NCBI GenBank assembly: GCA_943704425.1
Contig: CALSCP010000257.1
Location: forward strand, 1 to 64,000
Length of the DNA: 64,000 bases
Reading direction: 5' to 3'
Origin: Ministeria vibrans ATCC 50519
Lineage: Eukaryota > Protista > Filasterea
Below, in pieces: positions 37,521-48,569 of this stretch (the first letter of the stretch is position 1; each line of letters starts with the position of its first letter). The notes under the pieces were generated by a model, which was not told where the DNA came from, made no database searches, and worked only from the letters and a program-made list of their open reading frames with translations. The position numbers and the translations under genes are program-made.

Positions 37521-38130
37521 GTATGACCCACAAGAACAGGTGATTGGGTTGTGGTTGCATGGGCGTCTGGCATTGCAGTTGGGACAGACAGCGGCTGCAC
37601 TGACGTCGCTCAAGCGTGGTCTTCAGCTGGCGCTTTTGAGATCTCCCGCCCTTGCTGACCGTTTGTGGGCTCTACTTGCGAGTGTATATGAGTTACTGGG
37701 GCTCCAGCGTGCCTCACAGCTGTGCCAGAGTGTACCGGCTGGTGGTACTGTCGTGGCGACGTTGAGGTGTGCTTTGGGAGCGTTGCGTCGCGGGGACACA
37801 AGCGAAGCGGTTAAGCAGGCGGGAAGGGTGATTGCGACAACGGAGTCTGGTAGTGAGACGCAGACGGCGGCGCACACGCTCATCGCGCTTGCGAGTGCTG
37901 TCACGAGCGAGACACGATCACTGCGGCGCAGCGCGCAAGCAGTATTGGCAAACGGTCACGATACGTCTCCTGTGAGCGCCTCACTCGTGCTCTGCGCTCA
38001 ACTGAGTGCCAGTGCGGCCAAGCAGGACACGGACACTCTCTTGGCCACGGCCGACCAACTTCAAGCGCTTGCTCGTCGTCACACTGTCACGCCACACACC
38101 GCGGCTCTTCTGGCGCAGTGTGCACAATAG
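32999..38130 (+). CDS. TTC37: Superkiller complex TPR subunit SKI3/TTC37
   Basis: IKAARDALRAKEY; NYNALVF.G; LAWQGL; KC.RR.LLLDP; ARWAWL.L; YQAALR...D...W..LA.CY..EGK..AALK.Y; AWKL.GD; AQHCFLRAIQ; AW.GLG.LYL; AQA.DP....W.GQAL.AE. Confidence 0.9.
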
Positions 38131-38345
38131 ACACTTTGATTGTTTTTTAAAGTAATACTATGGTATTGACAATTGCTTTTGTTGATTCTTCATTTCTTTT
38201 GGTTGCGTTTGTCTCCGTTGAAAAACAAAGAGATTGAGAAGAGAAAGGGAGTGTGAGAAGAAAAAAGAGGGAGAAAGAAACAAGGTGATGGAGGAAGGAG
38301 AAAACAAGTATAGAGGGGGTGTGTGTGAGAGGGAGAGCGAGCGCT

Positions 38346-40315
38346 CTAAATTCGGGGCACTGGTTTTCCCAAATTCATGTTCTTGCTCCCGCGGATTTGC
38401 AGTTCGTGCGTTGTGTAGTAGAGCAGCATTTCCATAACTGACTCGAATGGTCGACTGCGTGCCCCCAAAATGTACCGGTCATTTTCATACTTGATTTTCA
38501 TGTGGTTCAGCTCTTGCTCGTTCCTGCACAACCACACAAGAAAATGGTACACGATGTCAAAAAGAGGACAACGGAGATGCAATGGTAGATTACTTGAAGG
38601 AGAGAGTGAAAGAGTCGCCAGACTCGCGCACGAGGTAGGCGCCGTGCTCGCGCGACCGCAGGATGGCCTCGGCACCCTGGCGGTCCAGCCGCCCGTGGAA
38701 CCACTCTTGACGTTCCAGTGCTCGTCGGTGAACATCCACAGGCTGAGAGAGAGAGTGTTTGAGAGTTTGAGAGTTTGAGAGAGAGAGTTTGAGAGTTTGA
38801 GAGTTTGAGAGAGAGAGTTTGAGAGTTTGAGAGTTTGAGAGAGAGAGTTTGAGAGTTTGAGAGTTTGAGAGTTTGAGAGAGAGAGAGAAGGGAGGGAGAG
38901 AAGGGAGGGAGATGGAAAGAAAAAAATAGAAGTAGTCTATAAATTAAACTGGTCGCATACCATGGCGGAGACAACAGGATGGGCGAAATTCTCGGCGGGC
39001 GGGACGACCTCGTTGTAAGCGTGTTTTTTAGTAGGAGGGGCGGCGGCGGCCACTGCAGCGGCCGTGGCGGCGGCCGTGACGGGAGGCGGGCGCTTGGACT
39101 CGGCGACGTGGGCGGCGGCATTGGAAGGCATGGGGGTCTTTTTGGGAGGCGCCTGATCGCCAGCACCACCACCACCACCACTACCTCCCCCACCTTTGAT
39201 TTGTGAAGGAGGCGGTGTTGTAGACTGTTGTGACTGGTGAGGCGCAGCACGAGACTGCTGCTGTTGCTGCGCTGCCTCTTGCTCGGGCCAAGGGTCTTCG
39301 TAGCCCTGACCATCTGCATCATCACTTGCGTCCTGAGGCGCCACGTACGTCGTTGCAGCCGCACCTTCCGAATGCCGCTGCGGTCTTGGCATACCGCCTT
39401 CCCAAGGATCACTGGGAAACCACAGAAGCACAGTCGACGTCAACAATGGCCGACAAGGAAAAAATGGTATTTTTTTTTACCTGTAACCAAGCCGTTGGTT
39501 TCGGGCAACTGTCCCAACGGTCGAAGGAGCGCCCACGGACATGCCTGCAACATTTAGACCACTGGCCGACACGTCGTCCTCTTCGAGTTCGACACCAGGG
39601 TCACTCCATGCCGGTTCGTAGTCGCCTTCGGATACAAAGTGGGCGAACGTGTGAGAAAAAAAAACCCCCTTCGCACATATAGACGATTGCTTTACCTGGC
39701 ACTGGCGCTGGCTCGTCCGCTTTGGGTTTGTCTTCGGGCCAAGGATCCTCATAGCCTGTGTGGCAGTGAGTAAGAGAGAAAAAAATCAGATTGATCGAGT
39801 GCGTATGTATGTTGCATGAGTGTGTGTTTGCACATGTTTGCATACAGTGTGTGTATGACTGCATGCATTATGTGCATTGTGTGTGTGTGTGTGTGTGTGT
39901 GCCTTGCACACAAACGACGTACCATCAGGAGAGGCCTGGGGAGCACCCGGCGGATTCGGCTTGGGCGTCTCGCCAAACGGGTAGGTGTAGCCCTCCTTGT
40001 CCAATGTCTTGTCTCCAGACTGACCGCGCGCGGCGCGCATCCGCTCGTCGCGCTCCTGCTGCGCCATGGCTGCCGCACTGTCGGGAATCTCCAAATCAGG
40101 GTCCACATAGTCGGGTCCTGCACAGAAAAGAGAGAGAAAGAGAGCGACGGAGGAGAAAAAAAAGTATTATCAAACGCTGCGGGAAACAATAACAGGAAGA
40201 ATCGAGAATATTGGACAAGGGTGCGGAAACCACAAGAACGTAGAGAGAGCGAGTGCAAGAAAGGGAGAATCGGCCACCAAAGACAAGTGGAAAACGCCAA
40301 TTTCGAGAATGAGGT

Positions 40316-40352
<37 letters not shown>

Positions 40353-40883
40353 AANNNNNNNNNNNNNNNNNNNNNNNNNNNNNNNNNNNNNNNNNNNNNN
40401 NNNNNNNNNNNNNNNNNNNNNNNNNNNNNNNNNNNNNNNNNNNNNNNNNNNNNNNNNNNNNNNNNNNNNNNNNNNNNNNNNNNNNNNNNNNNNNNNNNNN
40501 NNNNNNNNNNNNNNNNNNNNNNNNNNNNNNNNNNNNNNNNNNNNNNNNNNNNNNNNNNNNNNNNNNNNNNNNNNNNNNNNNNNNNNNNNNNNNNNNNNNN
40601 NNNNNNNNNNNNNNNNNNNNNNNNNNNNNNNNNNNNNNNNNNNNNNNNNNNNNNNNNNNNNNNNNNNNNNNNNNNNNNNNNNNNNNNNNNNNNNNNNNNN
40701 NNNNNNNNNNNNNNNNNNNNNNNNGGGGGTGGAGGGGGGACGACGGACGGACGGGGACGCAAGGGCGGGCAGGTGAGGGGAAAGCGACATGGGCGTTATA
40801 TTTATTACATCATTCCCATCGAAATCCCGCACCGGGGGCGTCGGGCCACTCGTCGATTTCCTTTTCTTTCCAAAGAATCCCAT
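38346..40883 (-). CDS. SHB/SHD/SHE/SHF-family SH2 adaptor (multiple YxxP motifs + C-terminal SH2); interrupted by an assembly gap
   Basis: LERQEWFHGRLDRQGAEAILR...YLVRES..FTLSFK|...HMKI...RYILG..SRPFESV.EMLLYYTTHELQIRGS..MNL..PV; YVDP, YTYP, YEDPW x2 and YSDPW motifs. Confidence 0.85.
38755..38888 (-). repeat. Intronic tandem repeat of ctctcaaa / (ctctcaaactctcaaactctct)n
   Basis: gagagttt repeats on the + strand. Confidence 0.9.
40355..40724. other. Assembly gap (370 N), flanked by an A-run and a G-rich run
   Basis: N stretch. Confidence 1.
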
Positions 40884-41307
40884 GCTGAAAAATGAGGGGA
40901 AAAAAGTTGAAAATGAAAAATAAAAGTTATTCATAATTCAAGTACCCATCCATTACGCCCGCACTCACATCATCCCCAACAAGGACAAATGGAATGAGAT
41001 TTTAGAAGACATATCACATATGTATGATGTAATCAGTAATATTTTATTTTTTATTGTGCTGCTCTATGTTTCACACAGTTTTCTTGTATCTCTTCTCTTG
41101 TGTTGACATTCAGTTATTTTCATTCTCTATTTATTTTCTTCTTCTTCTTTTTATTTTCTGGTTTCACACAGTTTAGGCATTTATCGGAGTGAATGAGCCA
41201 TCAATAAGAATGACACGCAATGGTAGACTTACTGGTAGTTGTGCTGATCGATATTCACTGTTATACCGAGGAGACCGGGAAGGGGGGGTTATGTACAAGG
41301 TAGTTAT

Positions 41308-43626
41308 TTACAAGAGGGTAACAACAGGCTTGGCGTTGGCTGAGGCAGCTGCAGAGGGCTGAGAGGGGCGCCGTTGACGCTGTTGGAGGGCTGAGAGGAG
41401 CTTTCGGAATGGATTTCGATGGCGTTCTTTTGTGACAGGTTCGCGCACGAGTCGAGCACTACGCGGCACAGGTGAGACGCTGCGTGAGGGTGGCGCACTC
41501 GAACACTCAGACGAGTTTGGTGAGAGAAACGAATCGTCGGTGCGAGGTGTGCGGGCGTGACTCTTGTTCTTGGAAAGTTGGAAGCGAGTGCGCTTCGCGG
41601 TGCTCCTGCCTAAGACGGGTGAGCCAGAGCGTGACGTGGGCGCAGACGCGGCTTCAACCCTGCGTGGCTCGGCCGTTGGGCTGGTCATGGTGCTTGCGGC
41701 TGGGAGCTCTGTCGTGCTCCTGCTCACTTTGGATTTGCGGGTAGACAGACGAAGGCGCGCAAGAGGATTGCTTCGCTTGGTGGTCTTTAGTAGACCATTA
41801 ACAGGCTCAACAATGACCACGGTGTGACGTCGCTTGCTCACAGGGGACACGTTGCGCGACACGGGCGCACTCTGGCTGGCGGTCACCGCACCATTAGCAC
41901 AATCGTCGTCCTCGTCAACATCAGCACCCTCGTTACGCCGCTGCGCCATGAGCTGATCCAGGGTTGTTGCGCTTGTAATATCATCGCGACGACGCCGACG
42001 TGTCGACAGCCACAAGCGTACTCGCCCGGCAGGACCAGCACTACGATGGCCAGGTGCACGTGGAGCCAGCAGCGAGTCTTCGGCCCACATTGTCGCAGGC
42101 GGCGGTGGCAGTGCAAATTCCTCTGACGGCAGCGCATCGTCGGTCGTGGTGGTCGTAGACAAGAGAAGCGTGGACGGAGCGGATTGGCGACGGATCGCTC
42201 GCTTCGCCTCGTGCGCTCGTTTCTCCAGTATCAGATGGTACACATTGACGTGGTTGTCAAACACGCGCGCACGCAGCGACTCCATCACCTCGACCACCGA
42301 AAACCCCATGTCCGCCATCTCGTCAATCACCGTCTCATCCACAACATCACTCTCCAGAACGTCATTCATGGACGCCCGCTCGTGGTTGCGTGTCGGCCCA
42401 CTGTATCCTACATCAGATGAACATTCAAGATGAGCTTGAAAAAAGGGAAAACGCCCCTCCCTGGCTGCAATCTTCGACTTCCAATTCTTCTACCTTGGCT
42501 CAGCCACGGGTGCAATCGCACTTCGTCCATTGACAGACGATCTTCAGGCTCCTTCTCAAGCATACCATTGAGCAAATCGATACAGTCTAGCATACGGAAA
42601 GTGTGAATTGCTCATCGACTCGAGGGTGTATTGTAACGTATTTTCGGTACCTTCGGTAAGACGCGATTCGGGCAGTTTGGGTCTCTTCACGAGAATTTCA
42701 TTGAATATCTCGTCAAGACTCTCACCACTGAAGGGGTAGCAATTCAAAAGAGATGCATACAAAATACACCCAAGACTCCACACGTCAACCTTTCCAAACC
42801 ATGTTTGATACAAACGAGAAAGTTGATGATTAGATAGGGGGGGGAATTAAAGTAAGTTATTGTGCATACCTTTGGGCCGTACGTTGCACCCTTGAGGATC
42901 TCCGGAGAGATATAATGCGGGCTTCCACAGATAGTCTCCATTGAAGAGGTTTGTTCGTCAAACGAAGTCGAGTAGCCGAAATCGATGATTTTTATCGCAC
43001 TCAGGGTCTGCACCACGCGCGTGAGAAACACACAGTCGAAATTCTGTCATCGACGAATCAATCGTAAAACTCGCGCTTACCTGGTCCACCAGGATATTCT
43101 CTGGCTTCAAATCTCGATGACTGATGTTACGATTGTGCGCGTAAGCGAGCGCGTCGACCATCTGGCGGAATAATGGGCGAAACCGTCGCTCGCTGAGAGC
43201 GCGTCGTGATATCGTCGAGAAAAGCTCGTCACCTTCGAAATACTCCATGATAAGGTACACCGTTTGCTCACGGGTACGAACCTCGTCCAGTCGGATGATA
43301 TTGGGGTGATTTAAGAGCGAGAGGAACGCCTGATGGAGGTGATAAATTGGGTTGAGTTCGGATTTTTTTGACGCGTGACCTGCGTACAATTTCTCTCTTA
43401 AGGTTCTTATCGGCAAAACCGTCGTCTTCTTGACGATGTACAACTTTGATGGCGACCTAGGAAGTTGAGACGAGGAGGACGTCAGTCTCCTTGGGGCTGT
43501 ATCACCGCGTTGCTGTACCTTCGCCTTGGTCAGCTTATGCTTGCCAAGAATGACAACACCGCTGCTCCCCGAGCCTAGCTCTGATACAAGCGTGTAGTCG
43601 CATAGCTCACCTGCGTGTTCTTCCAT
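41308..43626 (-). CDS. AMPK-related (CAMKL: MARK/SIK/NUAK-like) Ser/Thr kinase with UBA domain and basic low-complexity tail
   Basis: LGSGSSGVV, VAIK, HPNII.L, HRDLKPEN, DFG, ETICGSPHYISPE, DVWSLG, RLSM.EV..HPW, UBA VIDEMADMGF...VYHLI. Confidence 0.9.
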
Positions 43627-43810
43627 GAAACGCACAAAGAAAAAGTGTGTGACTGAACTGAAGTCAAATTATAACGGATAGATAAGACAATCAGGCTCGA
43701 TCAGTGAGTCTGACCAGAGTCGAACGGACGGGCTGACTGAGTTAAATGGATTCATTCGAAATGAGAGACTCAGTGAGTCGAAAGAATTTTTTTTGGTACT
43801 TTTAATACAA

Positions 43811-46540
43811 TTAATTGAGATATACAGCGTAGGCAATGTCACACTGATCGAGAGTCGGTGATGCGTAAGTGCAATCGACCAACTCGAGCATCGTGATGCT
43901 GAGACAACGTCCACCTTTCAAGACTTCAATCCGTATAGTAAAGATGGTTGCGAGTGCCTCAATGTAACGAGGGTTCTGCGTGAGCATGCAGAGCGAAGCC
44001 GCAAGGTGCACCGTCGACTCGCCCTGTGGATTGTCCGCACCGAGCGCTCGCACGATCTGGTACAGTTTTTCACAGAGAAATCGATGCTGCGTAAAAACAC
44101 AGCGTGACCGACAAGAGTGGGAGAATCGCGTGAAGAATGAAGTCTCCTTGAGCGCATTCTGCACAGAAACAACACATATAAATTAGAATCATCCCTGTCA
44201 AAAAAAAAAGAAAAACAGGAATTACCATGGCAATCGTAACCGTGGGCTTCCAGGAGGATTCAGGCCAATAGGATTGGTGCATTTCAAGAGCACATAAGAC
44301 GGCGGGCGGCCAAGAGCGCACAGGAGCAAGACTGTCCTTGTGCTGGGCAAGCCACTCGGGAGAGTAATACGAGTCAGAGCGAGCAAGAGTCGTCGCTTCA
44401 CTCGCGCCTCCTTGCGGGGTTGTTTCGGGGGCTACAGTCAATGAGCGCCAAAAGGACCAGAAGGACTGCCACAATGAAGAGACCCAATGGGGCAAATATC
44501 GCTCAACGAACCGCACAGAAAGTCGCGAGAGGAACGGAACAATGGAAAACGAGGGGAAAGAGGAGAAAGATGAATGGACCGACGTGATGTAGTCAAGAGG
44601 CACAGACTCGGACTTGCCAACCCGCTCGCTTGTCTCGGACTTAAATACTCGCTCGCTCGACTGGGCCTCAGCGCCTCTCTCGCTTACCCTCGGCTCGGCG
44701 GTAGTCCCGCTCCTACTTGGTGTACCTTCCTTTGCATAAAGATTGGCACAGACAAAAGCGCGCATGTCACTCTGCGCAGCGCCCTCATCAAAGAGCGCTC
44801 CGGGTGAAAAGTTGGTCGTTGAGCGTTCAGTGATACATCGCAGTTGGCCACTGCGACAAGACACTTTCAGGCTGGCTCGTCGCCAAGGACTGTTAAAGGC
44901 ATAAATGGCGCGAGTCAGGGTCAACAAAGAAGAACGAGCGGATTCATCTGTGCTTCCGTCGCTATCTGTGGCCATCAAGTCTGTTGGTGACTTGCCGAGT
45001 GGAAGGGGCAGTTCGTCGGGAGTATCGTCAAGGAAGCAATTTGGCGCATCGGCGAAGACTGTGAGGACAATGCGCTCGGCGACACGACGTTCAGCAAGAC
45101 ATGAACGAGCGTGCTCGACTAGAGAGGCTGTGGGCAGAGTGTCGAGGGTCGGCATAGACTCGGTACCGACTACCGACAGTAATAGTTGCAAAGCACGGAG
45201 ATGCCATGCCTTCAATAGGTCGCTTGCAAAGTCGCTGTGAATAGAATACTGTTGAATGAGTTGTTCAGGATCGATTGTGGCCAGTGTCTCGAGTGTCAGG
45301 TGATTGTAGACGAATCGTCGTATGGCTGTCTGGTAGAGCACCTTGAGCAAGGTGGGAAATTCGTGCCTTTGCTCGAGTGAAAGCCGCAAAAAAGACGAGC
45401 GGTCCGCCCACCAGGGCAAGAGGTGAGCACAGTCGGTTGCAATGGGACGCGAAAGGTCAATGGCATGGAGAAGATCAACAAGAAAGCGTTCGGTGATGGC
45501 AAACAGGGCGTACATGACAAGCGAGTGCGACGAACCCGTGCTGGCATGAATGCGATGGACTTGTTGGCGTCGATGAGCAATTTGGCGTGCCAAATTCCGC
45601 TCCTTTGCTGCAAATGACACAACACCATCCTCACTGTCCTCATTGTCAACGGCTGCCGCACCATCATTACGATTGATTCCTTGTTCCTCCTCCTCCTCCT
45701 CATCATCATTGTCTCCATCACCATCGGCCGAAAGCCACGCTGCAACTTCACACCCACACGAGGCACAGGTAAGCTCGATTGTTGAGCACAAGTGAGTCGC
45801 AAGCAGACTCGCTCCCGAGTCGGCGTCCACCAATGAGTGCCGCAGCCACAATTGCATCACGTGAGGAGGTACGTGCAATGGGAGAATGTCCATTGCAACC
45901 TCATGAAAAGCACTGTGAATGCCAGAGCGTCGTACAAGTTCCTCGTGCGTAAGACACACGACGGGTGGTACATGGGAAGTCTCCTCAAAGACTGCCGTCC
46001 ACCAGCGCCGCTGGTTTCTCGCAGCCCACTTCGCCCAGAGGGTGTGGTCAAGAAAGCGGAGCGAATCGACGATAAACGCCCGAAAAGCCACCGGCATCTG
46101 CTCCAACAGCTCGTCCGGCGACCGAAACGGATCAAACACCGACTCGACAAGGTCATGACTGTCCTCTAGCATACGCCCGCGGAGTATGGTGCGCAAGGAT
46201 GTCACGTACTCGGCGTGGACCGCACAGCGCTGGACACACGCATCGAAAGTTTCACCATCGCGAAACTCCTGTTCGGCCCAACGATGAAGGATTGCGGGCA
46301 TCTGCTCGGAAAAAACGTTGCGAGCAAGCAAGTGGAGTTGTGGGAGAAGTCGGTGCAGCGCCAGAAGCTCGTCGAGGCTCTTGTCGATGCGAAAAAAGTC
46401 GGGATCCTTAAAGAGACGGCGCAACGCGGCATCGTGAGCGTGAACCACAAGACGGGCGCGAAGTGCCTCAGAGCAGTTCGCAAACAACTGGCCTGTAAAA
46501 GGAAGAGCTCCAGTTGCAATGCTCGTCGCGGTTAAAGCAG

Positions 46541-46584
<44 letters not shown>

Positions 46585-48074
46585 GACTTTGTCGTCGTGG
46601 CGGCCGTGAGGTAGTGTCGAATGCGAGAGAGAGGGAGTTTGTCGACGTGAGCGCATGCAATGCTGTGCAGGTCCACTTTGAAGTCATACGTGTCGGGGAG
46701 AAGTTCACTTTCGTCGGGCATGCTTGTTCGGGCAAGCAGGCGCTCACTGCACGAGAAAGATTCAAAGATCTCGCTGTAGTCATTGCGAGGCGAGACGCTC
46801 ACGGGATCTTCTGCTGTCGATAGGGCATTTATCAAAAGTGAAGGATGACGGCGGCGGTGATGGTGGCGACTGCTACTGCGAGCATGTCCACCGCGTCGAG
46901 CAGAGACGCGCACTGGAGCTGGTAAAGCAGAGTGTGTCACTTGTACATCTGGACAAGCAGCGCCATTGCCGCCGCCGCCACTGCCACTGCGATTGTTGAC
47001 GTCGTCGTCGTTGCCATGATTGTCATCATCACTGTCACCGCCATGCAACGAGTCGTTTTCGTTGTTAGAGGTGCCGTCGAGAAAGCCCGTGACGTGCTCT
47101 GGAGGACGATGCATCGAGAGCTGCGTGGCAATATAATCACGATCGGCAATGGCCAAAGCAAGTTGGTGAAGCAGCATAATGTCGTTAGTGTGACTCGACA
47201 TGATGTACCATCGCTCCAAGGTCACTTTCCGTCTATCTGAAGAGACGTGCGCGGGGAGTTTGGACACGTCTGCGCCGACGAGGTGTAGCGCATCCTGGAG
47301 CTTCTTGTAGCGACGATAGTGGTACTCAACGATACAGTCGCCGCCAAGTATCGCTTGGCATCCACTGCATCCATGGCAAACAGGGTAGTCTAAAGGTACG
47401 AGAGCGTCGTAGCAGTGGCGGCACACTCGGTCGTCGAGGAGCGATTTGAACACCCGCTGGTCAACAACGGGAGTGGTAGTAGGCAGCAAGTGGAGTTCGC
47501 GTTGATCGTCGGCAGAGAGGGGTGCAACGAGACGGCGGGCGGCGTAGCGAAATGCAAATTGGGCAACGTCGCGCCAGACACGGCATGTGGCGCTGCAGCG
47601 ACTGAGGCTGCGTGCGTCCAACAGTCCAAATATGAGCAAGAGAATGTCGGTGGTGAACAGCGCCGAGTGCGGTCGCTGCTGCTGCTGCTGCTGCTGGTGT
47701 TGTTGTTGGCTTTGTCGCTGTTGCTGCGTCGTATCTAGTTGGCGACGTGCCTCTGCATCGAAGTCGTGTGTGAGAGCGGGCACAAACTCCAAACTTGTCT
47801 TTTTCGCGTCCGCTCGGCCTGGCTGCTGCTGTCGCTGTGAGGGCGACGCCTTGAAGATAAACGTACGAGGACCGCTGTCATTGGCGTCGTCATCGGTGTG
47901 GTCGCCGCCGAGTCGAGGGAGGGTGAAGCAGCTTGAGCTTGACGGTCGAAAGGCAGGCGGTGCTGGAGCATCCCCGACCGCCTTCACCGTTGCTATGGGG
48001 TGACGCCGATCTGACGACGAGCGTCCTGCACGAGAAGTACTCTTGCCGTCCTGAGGAAAACCCTTGCGTTTCAT
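43811..48074 (-). CDS. Large F-box protein of unknown function (about 1400 aa, 2 exons)
   Basis: F-box LFTTDILLLIFGLLDARSLSRCSATCRVWRDVA; long ORF; intron near 44224-44160. Confidence 0.75.
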
Positions 48075-48527
48075 AGATCGAGAATATACAAGTAAGTATG
48101 TCAAAAAAACTCGTCGTAATTAACAAGTTCAATCGTCAGTTCACAATGAATAATAAATAATCATATTATTTTGTATTCGGTGCTCACGTTATCTGTACAG
48201 CACCAGTTCAAGCCGCAAAACATTACCAATCGTTCGAGAAGCGAGAACCATGGAGTCGTAAGAAATAGAAATCAGAAAAGAAAACGACCCTCTTTCTCCA
48301 AATCTTGTGTGGTGCATTTGAACGGCCTACTACGTACAATGTCTACCACCGCCATTCCTGTTTTCTACCTTTTTTCGTGTCGATTTTGACAGTTGTTGGA
48401 AAAAAAACATTGATGAAAAAAGAACCATTGTATTGATATACAAGAGAGATTGTTGTTTATCGCACACGCTTTTGGGGGGCTCTTGCTCTCTGATACGCGG
48501 CGGTTGCGGCGGGGCCGACTGGAAGGC

Positions 48528-48560
<33 letters not shown>

Positions 48561-48569
48561 GCTTTGTAG

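Noticed and set aside
48250-48261. ATG GAG TCG TAA as a regulatory uORF of GCN1
   Set aside because: The GCN1 5' structure is unresolved, and the sequence could equally be an exon with a gtaag donor.
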